From positions 309,442,001 through 309,506,000 of the forward strand of contig OZ024740.1 of NCBI GenBank assembly GCA_964016885.1: DNA of 64,000 nucleotides. Reading direction: 5' to 3'. The stretch is from Eledone cirrhosa (lineage: Eukaryota). Shown here one piece after another: positions 13,774 through 27,849 of the stretch (position 1 is its first letter; every line of letters starts with the position of its first letter). Made by a program: the position numbers and the translations under genes. Under the pieces are notes generated by a model that did not search any database, was not told where the DNA came from, and saw only the letters and a list, made by a program, of their open reading frames with translations.

Positions 13774-14473
13774 TCATAAAGTATGTCCATAGAATCATTT
13801 CATAAAATATATACACCATTTCCTCTCCCAATTAGCATAATTAACCACATAAAAAATCAATTAGACCAGGCTATAAGGATAAAGGCTCCTATGAAGAAAT
13901 ATTTGATAAATAAACGACAGCAGCCTCTTCGCGCCCGATGCAATAGAATATTTACCCAACATTTCAACAGCATGTTGAAATCGACTAAATATACCGTCAA
14001 CCATACACAATTAGGTATAAATTTAAAGTTAGAAGAAATGCGTACACTCTTACCATGCTTATGTCCCTACCCTGGGGTTTCGTTCGCGTTTTGTGATATC
14101 CTATTAAGGATAAACTCTCGAGTTTCGAACTCATCAGGAGACAAACTCATAGGACAGGTAATTTTCCAAAGCGATCCCCGCCAGAAATAGATTCAAAAAT
14201 GGCTAAGAATCGTGACATGGCAGTGGTCAAGTTAGAAAGAATGTGATTAGTTGCTTACGGCGAGTGGGCTGGTTGCTAGAAAGCGCAGCCCAATATTTCC
14301 CAAATTGCATCTCAACCTAATGGGAGATTATTAAATATAAAGATTTACATATACACAAACTAAACAATGTCACAGATATATATGTGGCAACCATTCACGA
14401 TGTGGCTCAATGAAGAATTAATAAATTAAATAATCAGAGCAATATTTCATAAAGTATGTCCATAGAATCATTT
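13774..14473 (-). mobile_element. Terminally redundant 673-nt monomer element (27-bp direct repeats) in (TA)n
   Basis: TCATAAAGTATGTCCATAGAATCATTT occurs at 13774-13800 and 14447-14473. Circularly permuted relative to 740-1385. Confidence 0.85.
14062..14143 (-). ncRNA. Type-I hammerhead ribozyme motif
   Basis: TGTCTC-CTGATGA-GTTCG...CGAAC-GAAAC-CCCAGG-GTA-GGGACA. Canonical core, G-C closing stem II, GUA triplet. Confidence 0.85.
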
Positions 14474-14516
14474 GATATATATCTATATATATCTGTGTGT
14501 GTGTGTGCGTGTGCGT

Positions 14517-14549
<33 letters not shown>

Positions 14550-15895
14550 CGTGCGTGCGTACATATACAAATTATAACAAATCAAAACCTCCACTACACA
14601 GGTATAATTAGAACAAAAATCTTAACTAGAAAAAGTCTTCATATTACTGGTTGCTGAATATGCATTAAATTTATTGATCACAGAATAAAACGTAAATTGG
14701 TACCCCGGCAATTAGCTCAGCCTATAAATGGGTGTAAAAAATATCTCAAGAAATTCAATCCAGTCTGCCAACAATATTGATAATATAGATTTCTAACATG
14801 GTAGAAAACCAAGGTACTATGACGTCATTGGTATTCAGTAAGGAAAAGTAGAAATTGAAATAATTATTTCGAAAAATCGGAACTGGTTTCTTATGAAGCA
14901 TCAAAACAACTAGTTTTATATTCAAGAATTGTTTTAAAAGATGGTGGTGGTGAGGGAGGTATCGTCAATGTCGACCTGATTGTAGTGATGATAGTGGTGT
15001 TCTTTAGCTTCTGGAGAATCCTCATCTAGTAGACCGGTACTGAACGGTATTGAAGTAATGATTATCTAATTCAGATCTTCCTTTATTAAAATCCTGACAT
15101 GTGATTTGACTGATATTTGTCAGCTTTTTTAGCATATCAAGCTCCTGCGTAGAGGTTTTGACATTAACTAATGAAAATTGATTTAGAATGTTTTATAGCT
15201 AAAACATTCCCCCCCCCCCCCCAAAGTTAATTTTTAAAGGGAATATACAGATCTAAGTATGAACTGGCAATCTCATTACTTTTAATACCTCCAGGACAAT
15301 AGAGACGAGAAACCCCCCCTTAACAAATATTGACAATCAGCACACTCTAAATATAGGTCCAACGGAGAATTAATGAAATGAAGTATCTGCGAACATTGTG
15401 TAAATATATAAAATCTAAATACATGCAATTACGTTACTACATGCATTTATTGTAGGGGAAATAACTCTAAAACTTGTAATAAGAGTTTTGTCCCTTGAAA
15501 AATTATTATTTTGTTTACTTTCATTACATAGCTATATATTATGTTGGATATTAAGTAGATTCTTTTAATAGTGTTAAGTCAATTTTAAGCGACTCAGATT
15601 TTCTATAAATAAATGCATTTTCGTTACCCGATAGAATTAATGAGAAGCAAATTGTTTTTGATTTAGACCATATGTTATTCAATTAACATATGATATATGC
15701 TTGCTTCACGGGGTGTATATTCGTCAAATTTGTTGGCATATGTTTCTCGGTCTGTGTAGGAGTTATCTAGAATGCTTGAGATAATTTGTTCAACGTTTAT
15801 AACATTAGAACAATGTTTGACTTCTAAAACGATCTCAGACTCCACTCCTCACAACTATTTTAAAACAAATCAAATCATGTACACATCAAGTTCAC

Positions 15896-15951
15896 TTTAT
15901 TTATCAATTTCCTTTTATTACTGAAAGTAGTACGTAAACTACAGGTTTATT
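15896..15951 (-). terminator. Cluster of AATAAA polyadenylation signals for the chitin-binding protein gene
   Basis: Three AATAAA hexamers on the minus strand (15896, 15914, 15946), 260-315 nt past the stop codon. Confidence 0.4.
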
Positions 15952-16211
15952 ATATAGCAAAAATAAATTGTTTCAATTAAATCATGTATCGTAAAAAAAC
16001 TATATAAAACGAGCATTTCTCGTAATAAGGGATAAGTTAATTTCAAAATATTTTGAAATAATATTTCAAAATATCTTACATATTTTTCTTACATTGCTAA
16101 AAAAAACTTATATTTTGAAATATTACTACTGGCTGCTACCATAAGTAATTAATATATATTCTTTAGGAGGTATTTTCTAAAATAGACAAAAAATACGGAA
16201 TTCATAGAGCT

Positions 16212-18901
16212 TTAAATACAGTTATACATCTGCTGAGACCAAACTTTTCCAGGACTACATTTCAGTGTAATATAATTATACCAATTGGAGCATTGAATGT
16301 ATTTCTTTGGATCCGGATGGGAAAAACGAGCTTTATATAAATCTCTAGTGCAGGGATTATTATTTAATGGTTCATCCCACGTCGGTTTATCGTTATACTT
16401 TCTACGGGTTACACCCGGAAGTTCACTTGTCCGTACACGATGTATAGAAGCACCGAATACGCAGTCCATTTCATGCTGGTTCCATACAGTTCCAGGAGAG
16501 CAGTTACGTAACACATACGAACCTGGTACAGTGCACTGGATAAATTTCCTTGGGTCTGAATGTGCAAAATAGCCCGATCCCGATTCTATTGCTTCTGCAG
16601 TACACATACTCTTGCCAGTGTTCATACCGCCGTGTTCTTTTTCGAAGATCGTGTGATGCGAATATCTATGTATGCAGGTTTGATTTGCTTGTGACCACAG
16701 GGTACCATTGTCACAAGATTTAACAAAATATGTTCCATGAGTCGTACATTGAACATAGTACTGGGGATCTGGGTGAGCAAAAAACATTACGTTGGCTGCA
16801 ATCTTTTCTCGAGTGCAAGGGTTTTTAATTTTATTAAGTAACGATGGATTATAAACTTGTATAGTTGCGGTTTTAACTGTAGATTTGACTTTAGGTGTGG
16901 TTGTAAGTCTGGCTGCAGTTCTATATGTGACTGTTTGTTCTTCACTTATACAAGTGAGATTTGCTTGTGACCATAAAGCTTTATAATGACATTCTTTTAC
17001 AACGTAAGATCCTGGGTGAGTACATTGTATGAACTTATTAGGATCAGGATGAGGGAAGAATTGACGATGTGTTTCTAAATTCTGTTTAGTGCAATAGGTT
17101 TCAAATGTATTTAATGAAGCTCGTTTGACTGTCCCATGCTTAGACGAATTCTTAAAGGAGATTATTTTTGTTGCCTTGGTAGTATGTTCCTTGGACATAT
17201 AACGACATGTGCGGTCAGGTGCAAACCATACAGCATCATTGCCACATCGCTGTACAAAATATTGTCCCTTTGTTGTGCATTGAATAAACATGTGTCGGTT
17301 AGGGTGAGGGAAAAGAAACTTATTACTGGCTATCGCTTCTTTCGTGCAAGGATTTCTGAAACCATGAGGTTTGGCGGTTTTAGGTGTTCCTCGATATACC
17401 GAGAAAGATCTAAGTGTTGTTGTGGTTGGAGTTTTTGTGGTAGTTGGAGTTTTTGTGGTGGTTGGAGTTGTTTGGGGTCCTGTAAATGTTGGTGTTATGC
17501 ACATCATATCTGGTTGAGACCAAAAAAATAATTTTGGACAGTTTCTTATTACAAAAGATCCTGGTCCCACACATTGAAAATACATAGTTGGATAGCGATG
17601 GGCAAAATATTTGAAGCCTGCAGCAATATTTTCTTTTGTACAGTAACTTCTGTGAAATGTATAGGCAGATCTATTAAACTTCACCACTGTCGTCATGACC
17701 ATTTTTTCAGTGTAGTGCTTCATTGCTTTTGTGCTGGGTTTATGTTTTCTTCTAGGGTAATGCGTAGATATTGGTTTGGTAGCTGCCACATAGACATTAG
17801 TAGAATAAGGTTTCCGTGTTGTTTTTGGCTTAAATAAGGTTACTCGGTTGGTGTAAAATTTACGTATTCCTTTATTTCTGTAAATATATTTAGACGTCAC
17901 ATACATAGTTTTGCTTTTTTTCTCGGTAGATGTTGCTATTGTAGATGTTTTCGAAGATGTGAACTTCGATGGTTGCTTTCTGCTTGGCAGAAATGCTGCA
18001 GTTCGGTAATGTCTAACTATTTTTGACGTTCTTGGAAAGAATGTTGTGCCATTCGGTTTTTCCTTCTTAGGAAGAGTGGGATATGTAACAGGTATACCGA
18101 CCGTTTTCTTTGGTATTTTCGACCAATATATTGTGGAGTTATAGATATTTGTTTGAACTTTTCTTGACGATAAATATTGGGTGGTTGGATAATAATCTTG
18201 TATACAAGTATCACCCTTCTTGGACCACGTTTTACCAGAATCGCAATGTCTTATGACATATATTTCTACACCTGTACATTGAACAAATTTGGTTGAGTCT
18301 GGATGAGAATAATAAAGTAGTTTAGCTTCTATAGCAGCTTTAGTGCAAAGGTGTTTAAAAATATTGAACAAAGGATTTATGGTAGTTTTATCAGAGTTGG
18401 CATGTAAAGTTGTCTTGAATATCAAACGTCTATACTTTAGACGTAAATGCTCTGATGTATTTAAACACTTTGTCTCATTCTGTAGCCAGCTATTTCCTGG
18501 AATACAATCTTTTATAATGAATGAACCAACATCTATACATTGTATGTATTTGGTATTATCTGCATGTGGAAAGTATAACCTTCCAATATCAAACGTTTCC
18601 TTCGTGCAAGGATTAACATAAGCATTTAAAACTGGCATTTGTATAGCTGGTGCCTGTTTTTTATCTTTTTCAGTTTTGGATATATTATCTGACCGATGAA
18701 CGCAGGTTAGTTTACTTTGGAACCAAAATGTACCGAGAGGGCAGTGTTTGACGTAATAATCTGATGACTTTAAGCAATGTATATACATCGTTGGGTTAGG
18801 ATGGGGTAAGGTTATTGCATGAACTCCATCAGTTCTCTCACGACAAATAGTCTTCAGATACTGTTTATACAGAAGATTATCTTTTGTATAAACTTCCGGG
18901 G
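16212..18901 (-). CDS. Terminal coding exon of a secreted multi-domain chitin-binding (CBM14/peritrophin-A-like) protein; nine Cys repeats plus Thr/Lys-rich linkers
   Basis: The 858-aa ORF (16212-18788) stays open 37 codons upstream (PEVYTKDNLLYKQYLKTIC...) to a phase-1 acceptor tttcaaatttcag|CC at 18902/18901. Nine repeats of C-x(11-15)-HP-D-x2-(F/Y)-x-QC-x10-C-x5-W-x7-C. TTPTTTKTPTTTKTPTTTT mucin-like linker. Confidence 0.9.
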
Positions 18902-19960
18902 CTGAAATTTGAAAGAAATAAAATATTAAGAATTTAATTACTGATAGCTAGAAGCAAAGACGACTTATGTATATTTACATACTTGACTAAAATATCTGGT
19001 CCAGATGTACAATATCCGACTTAATTAATTTCGTGCTGTTAATTTCGTCTTATACATTTTTGAGTGAACCAGGTAGCTCTGCTATCATATTGGAAAAGAG
19101 CTAAACATCTAGAGAGTTGCTTCCTCACCTGATCTGGGGGTGACTCCTATATTCGGGGGGGGGGGGGGGGTTGGAGTACTGCAGCACTTCTTCGCCTATA
19201 AGTGTTTAACCCAAGTGTTTTAAAAAGGAAATAAGACTATGGAAGTGAAGAATACTTATGATTGGAGTGAAGAAGACATCAGATTTGAAGGAAATGATTC
19301 ATACCCATATTCATATGCACATATAGAAGTTAGTAAGGTCAATCCAGTGAAGGTTAGATAACCTAAAGCAAATGAAGTGTTGCACCAAATAAAATGAAAA
19401 GTAAAAAGAAAAAGGAGTTATTGGTGGAAAAATAGTCTCAGATAATCGGTGATTCGATACACAGGTGAGATGATTGTCACACTAAATGTAGATAGTAAGA
19501 AGTATGTTCAGAGGAGAAAAAGCAGGAAAATTCTCCTTAGAAACAAATATAGAGTCAAAGGATCGTTGAGATATAGGTAGGTGGGAATCGAGAAAAAAGA
19601 AAAGGGGAAGGATCAAGCAACAATGCCAAAGGGAATTCACTGGAAGTATTTTACAATTATCCAAATGAGCTGTAGCATGAAAGGAGAAATGGCGGCTTGG
19701 TGTGTGATAAGGTCAACTTTGCAACATCCTGTATAATATATATAGTGATAATCTTCGAGACACTCCTATCCTACTAATGTATGAGATACCGAATCGACAG
19801 AACGTGAAGCAGAATTTGATCTAAGTGACCTTCCAATTAAAAGAATCTGGAACTTCATCAAAAGAGTACGATCAAAGAGTCCGCAAGGCTCGATCCTGGT
19901 GCCGTACAAAGATTACAAGAAGTGCACCATCAAACTACTTTTCATTCTTAGAAGAGCTTA

Positions 19961-20178
19961 AGGGCGGTGGATTAGCAGTATCGGTAGAGAGTCGGACACC
20001 ATGCTCTGCAACATAGAGTTACGGTCCTTTATGGTCTGAGTTGAAATCCTGTTGAGATTAACTTTGCCTTTCATCCTTACGGGGTCGATAAAATAAAGCA
20101 CCAGTAACGTACTGGGTTCGATTTAATCGACTTTCCCCTCTCCACAAATTACTGGCCTTGTGCCAATACTAGAAATCA
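19961..20178 (+). mobile_element. tRNA-derived SINE (major family, long variant)
   Basis: Same consensus; flanked by TCATTCTTAGAAGAGCTT direct repeats. Confidence 0.85.
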
Positions 20179-20762
20179 TTCTTAGAAGAGCTTGGAAAGA
20201 GAAAGTGATTAAGGATCGCTAGGCAAGAGATTTCAGGATAGCTCATGTCAACGATGGAGGAGAAACAGTTGTATAATGGATCACTTAACGATAGAGTTGA
20301 AGGAATTAGAATCCAGAAGATGACGGAAAGTAATATTCTAATAGGAGGTATATAATCCAGGTACAATTTCAAGCAGGTACAATGTATACAGTTTTCATTA
20401 TTCTCTAGAGTGCACTGCTCATTGATGTAGTACGAATTCTAGCTAACATGTGCCAAGACTATTGAACGGTAACGTAACATCTACATTCTCATGAGATGCT
20501 TCGTCCCTTCATAAGACGTCGATTACAGCACCTTCAGAAAATAAATATTTACCCCAAATCTCTCTTTGACCCGTAACTCCCGAGCGAGTCATAGGGATTA
20601 CGAAGTGACATACAGCTTTTCTTGGACACTTTTAAAACCTGGTGGAGCCCATCTCGTCTCCAAATTTTAATACAGCCGATTTCTTCCAGAAGAGAGAGAA
20701 TGATTTAGTGAAAGGGGGAGAGAGAGAGAAAGAGAGAGAGGGTGGTGAAGAGAGTGAGTGAG

Positions 20763-20819
<57 letters not shown>

Positions 20820-22063
20820 TAGAGAGAGTGTGATAGAGATTGAGTGAAAAAAAGATATAGAGAAAGAATCGATTCTAGTGCTGAACTAGTACTCCATCGA
20901 TCTCGATATAATGAAAGGCAAAGTTGACCTCGGCGCGATTTGAATTCTGAATTCAGGGAGCCACAACGAATGCCACAAAGTATTATATCCGGCGTTCTGA
21001 GGTCTCTGTGAGTTCGCCCCCTTTTCTCAGATACTTACAGTCTTATTTATATCTATGGTAGAAATGCTGTTATAAATTATCATTCTCTAAGGACCCAAAT
21101 GAAGTGGCAATAGCTAAAAATCACAGCTGACATTTTACTGCTATATTCTGGAGGTAACAACACTTAATATTGGAGGGGAATGGCTTCATTATTCTATATG
21201 AAGAAGGTGGTCTGGCTGAACCATTAGAGAGTTGGATGACATTCTATGCTCTAGTCTTCCCAATCTTTTACGTCCTGAGTTCAAATCCTGCCAAGGTTAG
21301 CTTTGTATTTCATACTTATGTGGTCGATAAGATAAAGTACCCTCCAAAACTAACCTTCTTGCTTGAATCAGAAAAAATTATTTTATACAAATGCAAACTT
21401 TTTGAAAATGGAAGTATGTCTACGTAAACGAAATATCTAAACAAATAGGACAGAATACACCAGAATACGCATAGGTTTACTTCAGCTGAATTGGCAAAAT
21501 CGGTAGATGAGGGACACTCTGCCTATTTTTAGAATTTAATAACATCCCATTATACTTTGGGTTCGAATCTTACCGAAATAAAGGTTTGCCTTTCATCCTT
21601 CTGGGATTGATAAAATGGGTGTCAGTCAAGAAGTGGTGCGGTACAGTTGAAATTTGGGACTTCGTGCTTGTGTTGGAAATAAATATTGTTATTATCTTTC
21701 AAAGTATTTATTTCTTAGACTGGTATAGTATTTATAATTTATGTGATATTAGAATGGGACATTATCCCGTTCAATCTTTCCACATAACAATGATGATATA
21801 CGTGAATGGAAATGACTCTAACCAGGTGTTAATTCTACATTGTGGTTTCGCCTCACTGAGAGTTAAGTTCTATGCTAATATATATATGTATATTTATATA
21901 TGTTCAAAATAGACACTCTCCACGAAAAATGGGAGTATGATATAATGGATTGAATCGTCTACAGTACTTGACTATCAATATATTTTATTTATATCGGTGG
22001 AGTTTAACTAGATGGCACAAGACATTCATTCGACACTCTAAAGATCTACACTTTTATTAGTAA

Positions 22064-22469
22064 CTAGACCACCCGTGACCCGTTGGGTCATGTTCACTTC
22101 AAAATATTAAAAAAAATTCATGTTCACTTAAAAATAATTTCTAAATAATTAATTGTTTCTACTTTAGGCACAAGGTCAGCAATTACCCAGTGCATTACTG
22201 GTACTTTATTTTATCGACCCCGTAAGGATGAAAGGCAAAGTCAACCTCAGCGGGATTTGAACTCAGATCTTAAATAATTAATATATACACAGACATGTAT
22301 ATAATGTGAAATGAAACTGGAAGGCCCATATATATACGTGTGTGTATGTAAATGTGTGTGTGTGTATATATACATACACACACACACATATGTATATATG
22401 TATGTATGTGTGTATGTATATATATATGTGGGTGTCTGTGATCTATATACACTGGTCATAGACACACAG

Positions 22470-22530
<61 letters not shown>

Positions 22531-22622
22531 ACACCACCACCAGCCCTCTCTCTCTCCTCCATTCTCCTTCTCAGTCTCCTCTCCTCACTCTGTCTCTCTT
22601 TCAATCTACTCTTTCACAACCA

Positions 22623-22693
<71 letters not shown>

Positions 22694-22899
22694 TCTCTCT
22701 CTCTCTCTTTCTGAAGGTACCTGGAAAGATCCCATATCTTGGGAACCGTGCTCCGATTTATACGAAACTTGTTTTATTCATTTGTATTCGTATTTCAGGG
22801 TCAACTTCCTTTCAAAGTATTTTCCCATTATGCGTCCATTTGGGTGTATTACATCAAAGACAAGCAATCAATCAATCGCAGAGTTTAATAATATATAGA
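22064..22899 (-). mobile_element. Non-autonomous Helitron in an intron of the chitin-binding gene, with nested SINE and microsatellites
   Basis: A|TCTATATATTATTAAA...(GATT)n 5' end; TGACCCAACGGGTCA hairpin and CTAG|T 3' end. Confidence 0.6.
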
Positions 22900-22942
22900 T
22901 ATCTGAAACAAAGACAAGAATAACGAAAATAGGAAAACTTAC

Positions 22943-23210
22943 TAAGTATTTCATCTTCATTTCGTGAATCAAAAGATTGCGAAATATATTTTCGCCAGAA
23001 ATGTTTATCTTGCAACGAATCTTCTGGAATTGATTCATTGAGTGATGAAAGGAAAAGAGACATTATTGCTCCAGAATACAATGGCTTGTCTAAGTCAGCA
23101 ATATTAATCGAATGCACATCTATATCGAACTTCTTTTCAAGCAACTTACACAGGTCACGCAAACTTTGTCGACAGGAAATTTTAACTGAACCGAGTTGAT
23201 CTATAGCAAC
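22943..23210 (-). CDS. Internal coding exon of the chitin-binding protein gene (VAIDQLGSVK...RNEDEIL)
   Basis: Long polypyrimidine tract ending cctaag|GTT (phase 0) and donor CTT A|GTAAGT (phase 1). The phase matches the 18901 acceptor (A|CC = Thr). Open frame of 268 nt. Confidence 0.8.
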
Positions 23211-24131
23211 CTTAGGAAAAGAAAAAAAAGAAAAGAAACAAAAATGTTCAAAAAATTGTACAAAAATATCAGAACAGCGAAGAAAATAACAAAATATAAA
23301 ACAAGGGAATATCGCATTTGTCACTTGAGCCTGTAAAGAATCAGAACGAAACGTCCCTTAATCATACCCCTTATTTATTTCCTTTCTGTGCTACCTGTCG
23401 GTGCCTTGAGACTTCTAGTAGCATAATAGCTTTATTGCTTCTATCAGAATAGGTCTTGAAACCTTCGTTCAATATTTCAATAGCACGGAATACTGATATC
23501 AGTCACACAGTGAACATCTTATATGACGTCACGTAATACAGTACGAGGGGGAATAGAAAGAGTGAGTGACTGAGTGAATGTGTGAGTGAAAGATAAAATA
23601 GACAAATAAAGAAAAAAAAATAGTAATGCATATTGGGAAAGTCGAAGACGAAAGTAACTCGAGGGTATTTGATCCCCAGAGCAAATAGTGTAAGGCAATC
23701 TATCGGAAGCTCTAAGGACAACCATTCGATTATTACACTTAACCGTCTTAAAAAGGAAAATATCACTTTAGATAACATAATCCTAGATAAGCAGAAAAAA
23801 CGAAATGGCCATCGCAAGAACCCATTTCATCATGCATCTGCTCAAACGGAGATTACATAGAGATTAACAACAATGAAAGACAAACAAGAAAAATAAGGCC
23901 AACAAAACGAAACAGAAAATCTACCATTAGAATACGAGGAGCAAACTATTTTCTACAGACGATTCATTTCTTTAAATTTTCATTGGGCTTCGTATATTAT
24001 TGAATTGAGTGAGATACATAAAATAACTTTATGAAGATTTATATCATAATCATAAAATCTGCATTTACACACTCACACGGCTTAACAAACACAAATGTTT
24101 CAGTGTGTGTGAGTGTATCGTTGTGTGCGTA

Positions 24132-24718
<587 letters not shown>

Positions 24719-24822
24719 GCATTTAGGGTGGCTCATCTTTTTAAGGATACGCGATTCAATTGATAAATGATGACAGATATCAAGCTAACTCTGTAAATTA
24801 AAAGACATGCTGTACTTGTTAC

Positions 24823-24984
24823 CTTAAAGGCAGATGTTAGTGATTTAGAGATTGCTCGCTTCCTCAATGTTGTACGGACGTTTTTCAAAGTTCTCAAAGT
24901 GCTGAAATCCGTTGATGGGGATTCTACAGCAATTACCAAACTTAAAACGCTTGCTAAGAGTCCTAATATTATCAAAACACCCAT
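24823..24984 (-). CDS. Candidate first coding exon B (signal peptide MGVLIILGLLASVLSLVIA..., 54 codons)
   Basis: ATG followed by a hydrophobic signal-like segment and an RKR basic cluster. Donor AAG|GTAAC is phase 0, compatible with the 23210 acceptor. Confidence 0.65.
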
Positions 24985-26524
24985 ATTGTTACGTAAGGTG
25001 AGACAATTTTCGAAAACAATCTAATAAATCAATAGCACCATTCTTAAGGAGCTCAATTAATTAACAAAAAAATTTTTTCTATTTGCCAGTTGTGAACACC
25101 GTTTTAACAAAATATTCGTGAGCAATAACATTTAGGTGATCCCAATAGCTTGAATTAATTGAGTAATTAATCCACCGATAATGTTCTCACACTTACCACA
25201 TTTAATTTCGACAATAAATCCTATATAGAGCATTTAATACACGTATGTCAAGCGCAAAATACATTTTTACACGGTATGAATCACCTGTTGGTAACCAGGA
25301 ACATGTAAATCATTCAAGCCCAACATCCATTTTGTTTTAGACATTTTGACGTTTCATTTACATCTTAATACATTCTATACATTCTGTTATCTATTCATTT
25401 AGATATTTCATCATTCCTATTCCAATTTCTAGATGATGTACAAATTATTCATGCATCCATTCACACATGTTACATATTTCTCTGTTAGATATTTTATAAA
25501 TAATTATTATCAGAAATAGTGATCCTGTTGGCCCAAACATGATATTTCTATCTATACTTGTTGAATTATTTATACTATTCATACTAATTCAAACTAAAAA
25601 ACAAACATTTAATATGCAAAATCTCAGGTATCTGGTATCTGGCTTTGAACTTTGATTTTGGTTTTTGGATCTTTAGGATGGGACATATAAATGAAATTTC
25701 TGTCTATCTAGCGACAGACCGGGTCTGCACCTGTCAACATATGTACATGCCTGATGACGCGATAATTGTCTGAGTCCAGCTGTGGGCAGAATGATCGTAA
25801 CTAAACAATGGTTAGTTAATAAACATATGTTGTTTTGATATCCTCGCTCGTTGATTTTGATATACTCTGCGTTACTACGCTACGATTCGTCTGATGGTAC
25901 TGGATTTCTGAACATATGACAACTACAGACTATATGTGTATTGGTGCTCTGCTGCGCACTATTTTATCTAGTAAACGACTGGATTGAATACTGAATCTGG
26001 TTTACACCCGGATTATTTTTCATAATCTAATAACCAGAATATAAAAAAATATATATTCCATTTTATAACACACTAAAATTAAACAGCAAAAAGATGTCAA
26101 CTAACTCGGGACAAACCTTAAGTATGTTCCAATGTTACTAACTGCGATTTGATTGTTGTACACTCTCCTTTACATCCAAACCTAAACATATGAGGTTTGT
26201 GACGATATAAAAAGATAAATTATTTGCGAGGCTGAATTTTCTCAAGCTCACTTGAAGACATAAAAATCTTTTCTTTTTCTGACTAAAATGGGAGAAAATC
26301 GATAGAAATTCTTTTAAAAATCTGTATGAGACAAACCATCAATTTTACTTAATTCGAGGTGTGTTGATAATATGCACTTCTTATCCTATTGAAAGAGACT
26401 TTGCACTCACATAAATTTAGTCCCCCTTGCTTCCCTTCCGTATTACAGAACTCATATCTATATAAAAAACTAATTATCGCAACTTGAGAAATGAATGACG
26501 ATGAAATAAATGGTCTTTACTTAC

Positions 26525-26752
26525 CCGCCATATACCGCCCATACCAGACTGAAATGGAACACCATCGTTACTTTGAATGGTAGCCAGTCTTCGGAGTAGA
26601 ATTTTATTTGGAAAAATTCCATTCGCGTCCAGTTGATCAACAACGTCACCAACGACATTTTTACCTGTAGCTCCAACTTCCTTGATTCCTTCGGGAAATT
26701 GTCCACTGCAAAATGGAATCAGTAAAAAATAGACACCTATCGCAAACTTCAT
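26525..26752 (-). CDS. Candidate first coding exon A (signal peptide MKFAIGVYFLLIPFCSG-Q..., 76 codons)
   Basis: ATG at 26752 in ACAATGA context, short signal-like N-terminus, consensus donor CGG|GTAAGT in phase 0, TATA-like box about 100 nt upstream. Confidence 0.7.
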
Positions 26753-26848
26753 TGTAAGAAAATATATGTTATCGAAGTACCTTGCTTCGGTGTTAATTAA
26801 CAAAATGACACTGTAAGGTATTAGTGTCTTTATCTTTTAATATGTAAC

Positions 26849-26857
26849 TTATATATA
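26849..26857 (-). promoter_or_regulatory. Putative TATA box for exon A
   Basis: TATATATAA on the minus strand about 100 nt upstream of ATG 26752. The AT-rich background lowers specificity. Confidence 0.35.
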
Positions 26858-27756
26858 GTTTGCATAGGAATTAATAAGAATAAAACATCATTAACTGAGA
26901 AACCAATGAGAATACAAGTTACTAAACAATATGAATATGTATGATAGTGAGATGATTACTAAATACCAGTTACAAGGTTCAACGCAAGAACGAACAACCC
27001 GTTATTTATGGAACTGACGGGAAGTTGTTACGGCGGTTGACGAGGATTCATGATAACAGATATGAGGATGGCGGTGATGATGACGATGGTGATGGTGATG
27101 ATGGTGGTGGTGGTGGTGGTGATGATGATGATGGTGGTGGTAGTGGTGGGGTGGTGGTGGTGATGACGATGATGGTAATGATGTTGGTGTCTATTTTAGG
27201 CAAATGTTCAGTAATTTTGAATGAGGGTGGGACAGTCGGTTAAATAAGTTCCATTATTCCACTCGTGCTTTATTTTCTCTAGCCCGGATCTATGAAAGGA
27301 AAATTTGATCACGGCTGAGGTAAGGGGTGGAAATCAGAAAGTAAAAACCTGGGACAAATGTCGTAAAGCTATTTTATCGACCTCGGAAGAATGAAAAACA
27401 AAGTTAACAAAGACTTGATCTCAGAATGTTAAGTGCCAGACTAATAACCCAAAAGCATTTTATCCAACACACTACTAATTCTGCCAATCCATCACGTTTG
27501 TGTTTCTAAATACTCTATATAACCGGTCACGCAATCTTATCAGGCAGCATCATACAATAACGTTACGTTTCTGAGCAAATCCAATCTAAAGATAAGGAAA
27601 CGGCTAAAAATGATGTTTTCAAAGCCAATGTCCGCTTCCAAGGGAGATCGGTTACCTGATTGAACAATCACTTAGCCACGATCGTCATTGAAATATGTAT
27701 CACAGCTTTGTTAATAAAGGACTCTTTAACATCTACACCGAACTTCGCATTTTCCT

Positions 27757-27849
<93 letters not shown>

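Noticed and set aside
13783-14190. 135-aa ORF
   Set aside because: Antisense to the hammerhead element; the frame is not preserved in the paralogue at 740-1385 and no motif is recognisable.
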